Source: a virus
Lineage: Duplodnaviria; Heunggongvirae; Uroviricota; Caudoviricetes
Direction: 5' to 3' (one strand)
IMG/VR virus record: IMGVR_UViG_2563366965_000004
DNA: 43,555 bases
Shown here: piece after piece, positions 17,833 through 26,498 of the stretch
Layout of the letters: each line of letters starts with the position of its first letter
How positions within the stretch are numbered: position 1 is the stretch's first letter
Position numbers and translations under genes: made by a program
Notes under the pieces: generated by a model
Seen by the model: only the letters and a program-made list of their open reading frames with translations
Told to the model about the DNA's origin: nothing
Databases searched by the model: none

Positions 17833-18518
17833 ATACTCAATTTCTCGAATACGTGCGCCAGCAGTTGATGGTGGCCACCGCCGATTTAAGTGGTGCGACG
17901 AAAGGGCAGTTGATGGCGTGGCTTGAAAACGCGCAGTTCGATACGGGAACGTTTAAACGTAAAAAGCCTCGAGTGCTGGATGAAGTGACCGGGGAAATGA
18001 TTACGCTGGATAACCCGCCAATACCGGGCAAGCAGTCGCATGCCAAGGGTTCGCATATTCCCCTGGTGCAGCCGGTTGAATACTCCAGCGCATCGTGGCG
18101 CCGCGCACTGATGTCACTCGAAGAACACCAGAAAGCGTGGCTGCTATGGAACTATAGCGAGAACGTGCGCTGGTGCTATCAGGTGGAAATCACTCAATGG
18201 GCGTGGGCAGAGTTCCGGGAGCAGCTCGGCGCGAAGAAGGTGGCCGGCAAAACGATGGAGCGCCTGAAGAAGCTTGTCTGGCTCGCGGCTCAGGACGTGA
18301 AAGCAGAGCTGGCAGGGCGTGAGACGTACGAATATCAGGCGCTGGCGTCGCTGGTTGGCGTAACGCCAAAAAACTGGTCAGAGACCTTTACTGACCGCTG
18401 GGTTGAGATGCGCAGCATCTTCCTGCGACTGGATAGCGGGGCTTTATTGCAGGTTACGCGATCACGTTCACAACAAAAGGCGACAAATTTAGACTCAAGT
18501 CTTGCAAAACTGGATTGA
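17829..18518 (+). CDS. Late-gene antiterminator Q-like protein
   Basis: 229 aa directly upstream of the late promoter/terminator region and lysis cassette; track ORF starts at TTG 17736. Confidence 0.55.
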   Translation: MNTQFLEYVRQQLMVATADLSGATKGQLMAWLENAQFDTGTFKRKKPRVLDEVTGEMITLDNPPIPGKQSHAKGSHIPLVQPVEYSSASWRRALMSLEEHQKAWLLWNYSENVRWCYQVEITQWAWAEFREQLGAKKVAGKTMERLKKLVWLAAQDVKAELAGRETYEYQALASLVGVTPKNWSETFTDRWVEMRSIFLRLDSGALLQVTRSRSQQKATNLDSSLAKLD

Positions 18519-18530
18519 AACGCATATATT
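18502..18530 (+). promoter_or_regulatory. Candidate late promoter (PR'-like)
   Basis: TTGCAA-N17-TATATT overlapping the 3' end of Q, upstream of two terminators and the holin gene. Confidence 0.4.
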
Positions 18531-18583
18531 TCATGTAAATCTGATATCGTCGCCATAGCTTCGTAGGTCGACAAAGAATTAAG

Positions 18584-18612
18584 AGCCTCGCCATCGTGCG
18601 GGGCTTTTTTAT
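18584..18612 (+). terminator. Rho-independent terminator (tR'-like, first copy)
   Basis: AGCCTCGC/GCGGGGCT stem (one G-U wobble) then TTTTTTATTTGCG. Confidence 0.55.
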
Positions 18613-18688
18613 TTGCGGTACGCAGCACACAGAACCCACTACCTGGGACCCTTCGGCCAGAGAGCCGACATTGCCTTACCCTCACATT

Positions 18689-18713
18689 GCCAGCCTGTCG
18701 CTGGCTTTTTTAT
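18689..18713 (+). terminator. Rho-independent terminator (tR'-like, second copy)
   Basis: GCCAGC-ctgtc-GCTGGC stem then the identical TTTTTTATTTGCG tail. Confidence 0.6.
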
Positions 18714-18787
18714 TTGCGATGTCCGGTCGTTGTTTCCTGGCATCCTTCCACTCTACACAAACAGCACCCCGTTCCTTCGGAGGTGAT

Positions 18788-19105
18788 ATGGCAAAGCGTA
18801 TGAATGACGACCACAAAATTGTAGGCCTGTCCTGGTTAGTCCTGCTCGGCATTGCATGCTGGGGCGGTTTAGTTCGCTACCTGATCGACGTAAAGCAGAA
18901 TAAAGCGACATGGAGCTGGATAAACGCGCTGGCACAGATCGCTGTCTCCGGCTTTACCGGTTTGATTGGCGGGTTGATAAGCGTGGAGAGTGGGTTGAGT
19001 TTTCACATGATCCTTGTCACGTCCGGCATTAGCGGGGCGATGGGTTCAGTGGCTCTGACCTATTTCTGGGAACGCTTGACGGGGATGAAGAATGCAAACC
19101 AGTGA
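18788..19105 (+). CDS. Holin
   Basis: 105 aa from ATG 18788 (GGAGG RBS); hydrophobic helices (LSWLVLLGIACWGGLV; IAVSGFTGLIGGLI; ILVTSGISGAMGSVAL); directly precedes the endolysin. Confidence 0.7.
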   Translation: MAKRMNDDHKIVGLSWLVLLGIACWGGLVRYLIDVKQNKATWSWINALAQIAVSGFTGLIGGLISVESGLSFHMILVTSGISGAMGSVALTYFWERLTGMKNANQ

Positions 19106-19532
19106 TAAAGGCATTGCCCTGATCAAAGAGTTCGAAGGTTGCAAGCTCACTGCCTATCAGGACAGCGTCGGCGTTTGGACGATCGGTTATGGCTGGACTC
19201 AGCCCGTCGACGGGAAACCAATCCGTGCCGGGATGACAATTAAGCAGGAAACGGCAGAACGCCTGCTGAAGACAGGAATGGTCAGTTACGAAAGTGACGT
19301 GTCACGACTGGTTAAAGTTGGCCTGACTCAGGGGCAATTCGATGCCCTGGTGTCGTTCACGTATAACCTCGGTGCGCGGTCATTGTCGACATCGACTCTC
19401 CTGCGAAAACTCAACGCCGGAGATTACGCTGGTGCAGCCGATGAGTTCCTGCGCTGGAATAAAGCTGGTGGGAAGGTGCTGAATGGGCTGACACGTCGGC
19501 GGGAGGCAGAGCGAGCTCTGTTCCTGTCATGA
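19092..19532 (+). CDS. Endolysin, phage lysozyme (GH24-like)
   Basis: [26 protein letters not shown] catalytic Glu/Asp/Thr motif of T4/P22-type lysozymes. Confidence 0.9.
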   Translation: MQTSDKGIALIKEFEGCKLTAYQDSVGVWTIGYGWTQPVDGKPIRAGMTIKQETAERLLKTGMVSYESDVSRLVKVGLTQGQFDALVSFTYNLGARSLSTSTLLRKLNAGDYAGAADEFLRWNKAGGKVLNGLTRRREAERALFLS

Positions 19533-19999
19533 TTAGCGCACTGGTTAAGCGTTACTGGCTGCAGTTGCTGGTGCTGGCGTTAATCGGCGCACTGGCTTTC
19601 TTCGTGAACCACTACCGCGACAACGCCATCACTTACAGAGACCAGCGCGATAAGGCCACTGAGAAACTCCTCCTGGCGACCGCCACCATTAAAGACATGC
19701 AGACCCGCCAGCGTGATGTCGCTGCACTGGATGCCAAATACACCGGAGAACTGGCTGATGCGAAAGAAACCATTGAGCGTCTGCATAGCGATGTCATTGC
19801 TGGCCGTAAGCGGCTGCAGCTCAACGCAAACTGTCCCGCGAACGGAACGACCAGCACCGGCGGCCTGGGCGATGTTACCGGCCCCCGACTTACTGACTCC
19901 GCTGAACGGGATTATTTCACCCTCAGAGAGCGAATCGTCACAGTGACGAAACAGGTTGGATATTTGCAGGAATACATCAAAGAGCAGTGCTTAAATTGA
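19529..19999 (+). CDS. Rz-like i-spanin
   Basis: N-terminal membrane anchor, coiled-coil body, position after the endolysin, and an embedded Rz1 reading frame. Confidence 0.75.
   Translation: MISALVKRYWLQLLVLALIGALAFFVNHYRDNAITYRDQRDKATEKLLLATATIKDMQTRQRDVAALDAKYTGELADAKETIERLHSDVIAGRKRLQLNANCPANGTTSTGGLGDVTGPRLTDSAERDYFTLRERIVTVTKQVGYLQEYIKEQCLN
19758..19946 (+). CDS. Rz1-like o-spanin lipoprotein (embedded in Rz, +1 frame)
   Basis: Lipobox LLAVSGC, Pro-rich mature region; ATG 19758 with GGAGA RBS. Confidence 0.7.
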   Translation: MRKKPLSVCIAMSLLAVSGCSSTQTVPRTERPAPAAWAMLPAPDLLTPLNGIISPSESESSQ

Positions 20000-20031
20000 T
20001 GTTAAATTAACCTTTTACATACGGAGGGGTT

Positions 20032-20436
20032 ATGCAAATAGATCAAGAATACCTTAAAGGTTTGCTCGAGGCTTTCGAGGCATCGGATTCACCTGATACC
20101 GATATTATTCGATTAAATGATTTAGGGTTCAATTGTGAAACTGACACATTTGTGTTTCATATGCGTTTGCTTGAGGATAGAGGGCTGATTATCAGGAGTG
20201 ATGGAGAGCCCGGCTTTGGTGCTATTCAGTCTTTAGACGGAATGACTCACTGGGCTGTAATGCCCTTGCGATTGACCGCGATGGGGCATGACTTCTTGGA
20301 TGCTCTCCGTAACAAAGAGGTTTGGGCAACATTAAAAACCGGATTCAAAGATGCCAGTATGGGCACGCTGATGACAGTTTCGAAGGAGCTGTTTAACCGA
20401 GCTCTAGCTAAGCAACTTGATAAAATGTTCGACTAA
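20032..20436 (+). CDS. Hypothetical accessory protein (134 aa)
   Basis: Own GGAGGGG RBS and terminator immediately downstream; lower GC than the lysis genes. Confidence 0.5.
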   Translation: MQIDQEYLKGLLEAFEASDSPDTDIIRLNDLGFNCETDTFVFHMRLLEDRGLIIRSDGEPGFGAIQSLDGMTHWAVMPLRLTAMGHDFLDALRNKEVWATLKTGFKDASMGTLMTVSKELFNRALAKQLDKMFD

Positions 20437-20458
20437 CCGCCTACGGGCGGTTTTTTAT
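20435..20458 (+). terminator. Rho-independent terminator
   Basis: CCGCC-tac-GGGCGG hairpin followed by TTTTTT. Confidence 0.55.
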
Positions 20459-20512
20459 TGTCAACTTTATGAGCAAACTGATCTTAATTACTGTAACTAG
20501 GTGGTCAATGAT

Positions 20513-21151
20513 ATGGCAACGCTTAAGGACCTTTCCAGTCAGTTAAGACAGCTGCAGAAGCAAATACCGTTTGCGACTGCCCAGGCTATGACTAAAGTGG
20601 TTCGCCAGATAGAAGCGGCCCAAAAAACAGCATTTGAGCGGAATCTGGATAATCCAACACCTTTTACAGTTAAATCGGTTGGGTCAGTTGGTGCCAGGAA
20701 AAACAGCCTTCGTGCGAAGGTGTTTGTTCGTGATACTGCTGCTGGTTACCTTGAACCCTTCGAGTTCGGCGGAGAGCACAAGCTTAATGGTAGTGCTTTG
20801 CTTAACCCGAAAGACATAAAGCTTAATAAATACGGCAACCTGCCGCGTAATAAGCTCTCTCAGCTCAAAGCAAAGGAAAATGTATTCGTAGGTGAGGTGG
20901 ATGGCGTTAACGCTGTCTGGCAGCGTAAGAAACCGATGAAAGCTAAGAAGCGACGGGCCAAGCGCTCCGCTAATGGGACGCGAAGACCGAAACGCAAACA
21001 GCGTTCTCCAAAGCTTTTGATCCGGTTTGGTGATGCGCTACCTGTGACTCCAGTGCTGGGGTATATGGATAGGTCCCATACCATGGCGAACGCACTGCTA
21101 CCGTCTGCTTTAAATCAGGCGATAGCAGAAGCCATCAGGACGGCAAAATAA
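20513..21151 (+). CDS. Hypothetical protein with highly basic segment (212 aa)
   Basis: ATG 20513 with AGGTGG RBS; Lys/Arg-rich stretch KKPMKAKKRRAKRSANGTRRPKRKQR. Confidence 0.45.
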   Translation: MATLKDLSSQLRQLQKQIPFATAQAMTKVVRQIEAAQKTAFERNLDNPTPFTVKSVGSVGARKNSLRAKVFVRDTAAGYLEPFEFGGEHKLNGSALLNPKDIKLNKYGNLPRNKLSQLKAKENVFVGEVDGVNAVWQRKKPMKAKKRRAKRSANGTRRPKRKQRSPKLLIRFGDALPVTPVLGYMDRSHTMANALLPSALNQAIAEAIRTAK

Positions 21152-21161
21152 AAGCAGTAAC

Positions 21162-21665
21162 TTATAAGCTAATTTCGCAAGCTTTTATGAAGCTGTTTAC
21201 TGCAGTTGTCGATCCAGAAACATTGGCTGACATGGAATGCTGGTTTCCGCCATCCTTTGTTTGCACACCAACTAACACTTTGGATTTCGCCCCCTGAAGC
21301 TGCTTAAGCACTGTTTTTAGTTGGTCCGCGTCATCCGATTGAATCTGGAGGCTCTGAACATTACGTCTTGAAAGGGTAGCATCGAGCTTCACTGCGGTAT
21401 TCCCGTCGACCTTCATTATCAGGTCCATTGGTACCTCTGATAGTGATTCGGTGCTTTTATCCATTTCAACGTATGCCGCCGATAGCTTTTCTTTAGTGCA
21501 GTCAAACACAATGGCGCCATTGTCGGATGAAACCTCGCCAAGCATCATTGCTTTCTTACCACCAGAGAAAAGGTCATCTTCAGTATTAGTTACCCACTGG
21601 GCATGAGCAATTGGTGATGCCAGCACTGCGGCTACGAAAGTTATTTTGATTATATTGTTACCCAT
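21162..21665 (-). CDS. Exported (signal-peptide) protein, putative lysogenic-conversion gene
   Basis: ATG at 21665 with AGGAGA RBS; N-terminus MGNNIIKITFVAAVLASPIAHA-QW is a type-I signal peptide; opposite strand to the flanking late genes. Confidence 0.6.
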   Translation of the reverse strand: MGNNIIKITFVAAVLASPIAHAQWVTNTEDDLFSGGKKAMMLGEVSSDNGAIVFDCTKEKLSAAYVEMDKSTESLSEVPMDLIMKVDGNTAVKLDATLSRRNVQSLQIQSDDADQLKTVLKQLQGAKSKVLVGVQTKDGGNQHSMSANVSGSTTAVNSFIKACEISL

Positions 21666-21750
21666 TACATTCTCCTTGTATTGAATAGGAATAATCATAG
21701 TCGGAGCGAATGGTCGAAGCCATTAAAAAATGGGTCCTTCCTGAGACTTT

Positions 21751-21785
21751 TGTAAGGTACGGGCATTGCGCGCCGCGGTGTTTTC
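21751..21785. other. Putative cos site (cosN-like core at 21761-21772)
   Basis: GTAAGGTACG-GGCATTGCGCGC-CGCGGTGTTTTCC parallels lambda cos (CAGGTTACG-GGGCGGCGACCT-CGCGGGTTTTCGC, recalled); core lies 194 nt upstream of the small terminase start versus about 190 nt in lambda. Confidence 0.5.
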
Positions 21786-21807
21786 CTAGCTACAACTTTC
21801 AGATTTG

Positions 21808-21958
21808 TGTCCCATGTCCCACCTCTGGCGATCATTACGGACACCTCGCCAGCTCTGGCTATTCCAGTTTATTCCAGTGGGACATTCTGGTGGGACATGG
21901 CAAAAATGTCCCAGGCGAATGTCCCACCCCAGAAAATGTCCCAGGTGATGTCCCATGA
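21808..21958. repeat. TGTCCCA repeat array (candidate cosB small-terminase binding sites)
   Basis: At least eight copies of (A)TGTCCCA in direct and inverted orientation (21808-21824, 21877-21900, 21901-21958) between cosN and the terminase start. Confidence 0.6.
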
Positions 21959-22524
21959 CCACGATGAACCAGAGTCAGTACGCACAACATTCAGGTGTGG
22001 ATCGCAAAACAATTGGCCGGTGGATTAAAGCCGGGCGCTTCATTGTGATGGACGGAGACCTGATTGACGTAGAGGCCAGCGATGCGGCATTGAAGAAAAA
22101 CCGCGATGGCAAAGACCCGCGCGCCTCGAACGCGAAGAAAAAGAAAACTCCCGTCGTTAGCGATAACGATGATGACGGTGATGAAATCAATAAAACTGTC
22201 CGCCAGATAATGCTCACTGAAGGGGCAGATCTTTCGAGAGAGGAAGCGGGACGTATCCGCGAGAATTACATGGCCCTGCAGGCAAAGCTGCAGTATGAAA
22301 AAGACAGCGGCCAGCTTATTGAGCTGACAGCAGCCGAGGAGGTTTTATTCAACGCCTTTCGCCAACAGCGTGATGCCTGGCTTAACTGGCCGTCCAGGGT
22401 GGCGCCGCTAATGGCTGCTGATCTGGATGTACCGGCGGACAGGATGACAGAGGTGCTGATTGAACATGTCCACAAACACATCTCAGTCCTCGGAGAGCCA
22501 GAGTTTAACCCGGCAGAAGATTGA
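21955..22524 (+). CDS. Terminase small subunit (Nu1-like)
   Basis: N-terminal HTH (YAQHSGVDRKTIGRWIKAGRF) as in lambda Nu1; directly upstream of and overlapping the large terminase. Confidence 0.75.
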   Translation: MTTMNQSQYAQHSGVDRKTIGRWIKAGRFIVMDGDLIDVEASDAALKKNRDGKDPRASNAKKKKTPVVSDNDDDGDEINKTVRQIMLTEGADLSREEAGRIRENYMALQAKLQYEKDSGQLIELTAAEEVLFNAFRQQRDAWLNWPSRVAPLMAADLDVPADRMTEVLIEHVHKHISVLGEPEFNPAED

Positions 22525-24589
22525 GCGTCTTGAATTAAGCGTCCGCAAAGGCTGGACACCCCCGCCGCGTATCAGTGTGCCGCAGTGGGCAGATGACTAT
22601 CGTAAGCTGGCAAAAGAGGCTGGGAGCACTTCGGGAAACTGGGAAACATCGACGGTAGAAATTGCCCGCGGACCGATGCTTGCCGCGACGGAGTCCGGGG
22701 TTCATATCATCACTGTAATGTGCTGTACCCAGTTGATGAAGACAGCACTGCTGGAAAACCTTTTTGGCTATTTTGCCCACCTCGATCCTTGTCCGATACT
22801 GCTGCTGCAGCCGAAAGAAGAAGCCGCTGAACAGTTTTCGAAAGAGCGTATTAGCCCGCTGGTAAGGGTGACGCCGGTACTGCGTAAAATCATCGGTGAT
22901 TCGAAACAGAAAAGCTCGAAAGAAACCATTCTTTACAAGGCATTCACTGGCGGATTTCTGGCGCTGGCGGGTGCTGGTAGCCCTGATAACCTTGCGCGTC
23001 GTCCGATTCGTGTCCTGCTGGCGGATGAAGTGGACAAGTACCCGATAACCCGCGAAGGCGATCCAATTGCGCTGGCCGAAGAGCGTACAGCGACATTTGG
23101 CCTGACCTGGCTGTCTGTACGCGCCTGTTCGCCGACGGTGGAGGATGAGAGCCGCATTGCTGACAGCTACGCCGACTCCGATCAGCGCCGGGCATCTGTG
23201 GTTTGCCCGCACTGTGGCCACCGCCAGTTCCCCGACTTTTTCAAACACGTTCAGTGGCCGAAAGAGGGAGATAAACACCTGACTAAATCGGCGATGCTCT
23301 ATTGCGAATGCTGTGGTAGTGGCTGGTCCGAAGGACAGCGCCTCAGAGCTCTGCACACTATTCGATGGCATCAGACGCGCCCATTTGAGTGCTGCGGGGA
23401 GCGGCACTCACCGCTGATGGATTATGACCTTGCCTGGCGGGCGGCAGACGAGGGCAGCGTTGAAAAGGTCTGGCAATGGTCAGAGTCGGAACGGCATGCG
23501 GTCTATCGCGCAATCTGCCCCTCCTGTGGAAAGGAGGCAGTCGATAACCACCACGCGGGGTACCAGGCATCCAAGCTTTTCAGCCCCTGGCAAAAAGATA
23601 AGCCGTCGGATATTGCGAAAAAATATATCGATGCGAAGGGCGATCCGGATAAGGAACAGGCGTGGTGGAATACCCAGATGGGGCTTCCGCACCGACCTAA
23701 TCATGGGAAACAGCTCCCTGTTGATGTTCTGCTGGCGCGCCGGGAAATATTTCCGGCCGTCGTTCCGGACGGGGTGGCATTGTTAACAGCTGGAGTTGAT
23801 ACCCAGGACGATCGCTTCGAAATTACGATCACCGGCTGGGGGAGAGATGAAGAATCGTGGTCGGTCGCGCATGACGTTATTTATGGTGACCTTGAGACGG
23901 AAGAACCCTGGAAGCGACTGGATGCATACCTGAAACAGATCTGGCGACGTGGTGACGGGCGCGGCCTGAATATCATGGCAACGTGCATGGACTCCGGCGG
24001 CCACCATACGCAGAAGGTATACGAATTCGCCAAAGAGCGTCTTGGCCGTCGTGTCTGGGCAATTAAGGGGGAGTCTGCACAGGGAGGCAAACGCAATCCT
24101 GTCTGGCCGACCAAACGACCATCATCGAAAAGCAAAGCCAGTTTCCGCCCTGTCATTCTGGGGGTTAACTCAGCGAAAGACGTGATACGCGGTCGCCTGC
24201 ATCTTGAGCCACCCAAACCTGGCGCCGCCGCTGCGGGTTATATGCATTTTCCTGACGATCGCGATCTCGGGTACTTCAATCAGCTGCTGGCGGAGCGACT
24301 GGTTTACAAAGTCATTTCCGGGCAGCGGTACAGTATCTGGGAAGCAATACCAGGACGAGCTAACGAAGCGCTTGACTGCCTCGTTTACAGCTATGCCGCG
24401 CTGTGCGGTCTCAAACATATGGGGTTAAAACTCAACGTCCGGGCCGCCAACCTCGAAGCCGATCCGGATAAGTTCCTGCCAGCGCCAGTTGGACAGGAAG
24501 AAAAAATCAATTACGAGCTGCCGGGTGCGGTTATTGAAGAACCAGCGCCGGTCAAACGTAAGCGAATATCGCAACTCCTGCCGAAATAA
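22460..24589 (+). CDS. Terminase large subunit (lambda gpA-like)
   Basis: Matches to lambda A as recalled: CPHCGHRQFPDFF (Zn finger), LTAGVDTQDDRFEITITGWGRDEESW, NEALDCLVYSYAAL. Confidence 0.95.
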   Translation: MNMSTNTSQSSESQSLTRQKIERLELSVRKGWTPPPRISVPQWADDYRKLAKEAGSTSGNWETSTVEIARGPMLAATESGVHIITVMCCTQLMKTALLENLFGYFAHLDPCPILLLQPKEEAAEQFSKERISPLVRVTPVLRKIIGDSKQKSSKETILYKAFTGGFLALAGAGSPDNLARRPIRVLLADEVDKYPITREGDPIALAEERTATFGLTWLSVRACSPTVEDESRIADSYADSDQRRASVVCPHCGHRQFPDFFKHVQWPKEGDKHLTKSAMLYCECCGSGWSEGQRLRALHTIRWHQTRPFECCGERHSPLMDYDLAWRAADEGSVEKVWQWSESERHAVYRAICPSCGKEAVDNHHAGYQASKLFSPWQKDKPSDIAKKYIDAKGDPDKEQAWWNTQMGLPHRPNHGKQLPVDVLLARREIFPAVVPDGVALLTAGVDTQDDRFEITITGWGRDEESWSVAHDVIYGDLETEEPWKRLDAYLKQIWRRGDGRGLNIMATCMDSGGHHTQKVYEFAKERLGRRVWAIKGESAQGGKRNPVWPTKRPSSKSKASFRPVILGVNSAKDVIRGRLHLEPPKPGAAAAGYMHFPDDRDLGYFNQLLAERLVYKVISGQRYSIWEAIPGRANEALDCLVYSYAALCGLKHMGLKLNVRAANLEADPDKFLPAPVGQEEKINYELPGAVIEEPAPVKRKRISQLLPK

Positions 24590-24597
24590 GGAAAATC

Positions 24598-24861
24598 ATG
24601 TTCAACCGGAACACCAGCCTGCTTGCCGGCGCAATGACTGACGATCAGCTCAGGGATGCGCTTGCGAAAGCTCAGCAGGCGTACATTGATTTAGCAACCG
24701 GGAGCCACGGTGTTTCGTTTTCCTATACGCAGGGAGACGGGACGCGATCAGTGTCCTATCAGCAAAGCACCCTGGCTGATCTGCTGGCCCTGATTCAACT
24801 TCTGCAGGCGCAACTGGGGATTATCTCTCGTCCCCGGAAACCAGCGAGGTTTAGATTCTGA
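24598..24861 (+). CDS. Head-tail joining protein (gpW-like)
   Basis: 87-aa ORF between terminase and portal; C-terminal RPRKPARFRF resembles the gpW tail. Confidence 0.6.
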   Translation: MFNRNTSLLAGAMTDDQLRDALAKAQQAYIDLATGSHGVSFSYTQGDGTRSVSYQQSTLADLLALIQLLQAQLGIISRPRKPARFRF

Positions 24862-26498
24862 TGAATAAAGTACAGATACTGGGCTCTGATGGGCAGCCGT
24901 TGCGACAGCAGCGTCCCTCTATGCTGGTGGGGGGGAGCCGCGTACCTTATGACGCCGCTGACTCTTTCAGCGATCAACTGGCGAACTGGCAACCCGCGCT
25001 GTGGTCCCCGGACAATGAAATTAACATTTACCGGGATCGCATCGTGTCCCGCGCACGCGATCTGGTCCGTAATGACGGCTGGGCAAACGGTGCGGTCACA
25101 CGTCTGCTGGATAATGCGGTTGGTGCCAACTTCCGCCCCATCATGAAACCCGATTACCGTGTTCTCAGAATGATCACCGGAAACAAGGCGTTTGATGCGT
25201 CCTGGGCGGAAGAGTACGGAAAAGCACTGGACGGGCACTGGCGGACCTGGAGTAACGATCCTGGCCGGTATTGTGATGTTGAACGAAAACTCACCGTGTC
25301 GCAGATGTTGCGCCTGGGATTTCGTCACAAGCTTATTGACGGGGATGCTCTGGCCATTCTCCAGTACAGAACTGACAGGCTTGGTCCCGGAAGAGGGCGT
25401 TACGCCACCACGGTACAGATTGTCGATCCTGACCGCCTCAGTAATCCTCAGCAGAATTTCGATATGCCAAATGTCCGTGGTGGCGTTGAAATTGATGCGG
25501 ACGGTGCGCCGGTTGCTTACCACATCAGGGAGGCCCATATCGGTGACTGGTGGAGCGGGGCTAAAACCATGACGTGGCAGCGTATCCCGCGTGAAACTGA
25601 CTGGGGCCGCCCGCATGTGGTTCACGATTTTGATCATGAGCGTGGCGCGCAGCACCGCGGTAACGGCATCCTGACTCCGGTTATTCAGCGTCTGAAAATG
25701 CTGGTGAAGTATGACCAGAGTGAGCTTGAGGCAGCAATTCTTAATGCCATATTCGCCGCTTACATTGAGTCACCCTATGACCCTGCGATGGTTCAGTCTG
25801 CCCTGGGCGAGACCTATGACGAGTCGGAGTTAGGCACTTATCAGGACGGGCGTGTTGAGTTCCATAACGATCGGCGTCTGACACTTCAGAATGGTGCCCG
25901 AATGCCCATTCTTTATCCTGGTGAGAAAATCACGACGGTTAACGCGGCGCGGCCCTACAGCAATTTTGAAGTCTTCGAATCTGCTGTTCTCCGTAATTTT
26001 TCTTCAGGAACAGGGTTGTCCCCACAGCAGGTCACCCAGGACTGGTCTGACGTTAACTACAGTTCTGCACGCTCCTCGTTGCTGGAGGCATGGAAAACAC
26101 TGACTCGCCGCCGGGACGATTTTTCTACCGGCTTCGCTCAGCCCATTCTCACCGCCTTTGTTGAAGAAGTTCACGACAATGAGGATTTACCCCTGCCCGC
26201 AGGCGCACCTGATTTTGTTGACGCCAGAGCCGCGTATTCTCGCGCGCGCTGGATGGGGCCAGGGCGCGGCTGGGTGGATCCGGTTGCAGAGAAAAAAGGC
26301 GCCATTCTTGGTCTGGATGCCGGACTTTCCACCCTCGAGATTGAGGTGGGTGAAAACGTCGGTGAAGACTGGGAAGAAGTGCTTGATCAGCGCCAGAGAG
26401 AAATTGAGTCATGTCTTAAACGCGGATTACCGCTTCCGAGCTGGGCACAGGCTGACCAGTTTGCGAGCCAGACCATTACCGATCCGGAGGAAAAGTGA
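24861..26498 (+). CDS. Portal protein (lambda gpB-like)
   Basis: Motifs shared with lambda B as recalled (DLVRNDGWANGAV, CDVERK.T, QIVDPDRLSNP, AAILNAIFAAYIES). Confidence 0.9.
   Translation: MNKVQILGSDGQPLRQQRPSMLVGGSRVPYDAADSFSDQLANWQPALWSPDNEINIYRDRIVSRARDLVRNDGWANGAVTRLLDNAVGANFRPIMKPDYRVLRMITGNKAFDASWAEEYGKALDGHWRTWSNDPGRYCDVERKLTVSQMLRLGFRHKLIDGDALAILQYRTDRLGPGRGRYATTVQIVDPDRLSNPQQNFDMPNVRGGVEIDADGAPVAYHIREAHIGDWWSGAKTMTWQRIPRETDWGRPHVVHDFDHERGAQHRGNGILTPVIQRLKMLVKYDQSELEAAILNAIFAAYIESPYDPAMVQSALGETYDESELGTYQDGRVEFHNDRRLTLQNGARMPILYPGEKITTVNAARPYSNFEVFESAVLRNFSSGTGLSPQQVTQDWSDVNYSSARSSLLEAWKTLTRRRDDFSTGFAQPILTAFVEEVHDNEDLPLPAGAPDFVDARAAYSRARWMGPGRGWVDPVAEKKGAILGLDAGLSTLEIEVGENVGEDWEEVLDQRQREIESCLKRGLPLPSWAQADQFASQTITDPEEK

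Noticed and set aside
18596-18787. Upstream extension of the holin ORF (169-aa form)
   Set aside because: The extension crosses both tR'-like terminators; the holin starts at ATG 18788 behind a GGAGG RBS
21710-22028. Two short plus-strand ORFs (21710-21958, 21807-22028) across the cos region
   Set aside because: They are translations of the TGTCCCA repeat array and cos sequence (repetitive Ser/Pro/Val/His content), not genes
22535-23407. 290-aa minus-strand ORF inside the large terminase gene (similar long antisense ORFs at 24795-25655, 10546-11043, 16360-16920, 29238-29729)
   Set aside because: They lie antisense to well-supported conserved genes in GC-rich DNA where long spurious frames are expected, and have Arg/Pro/Ser-rich translations with no start signals
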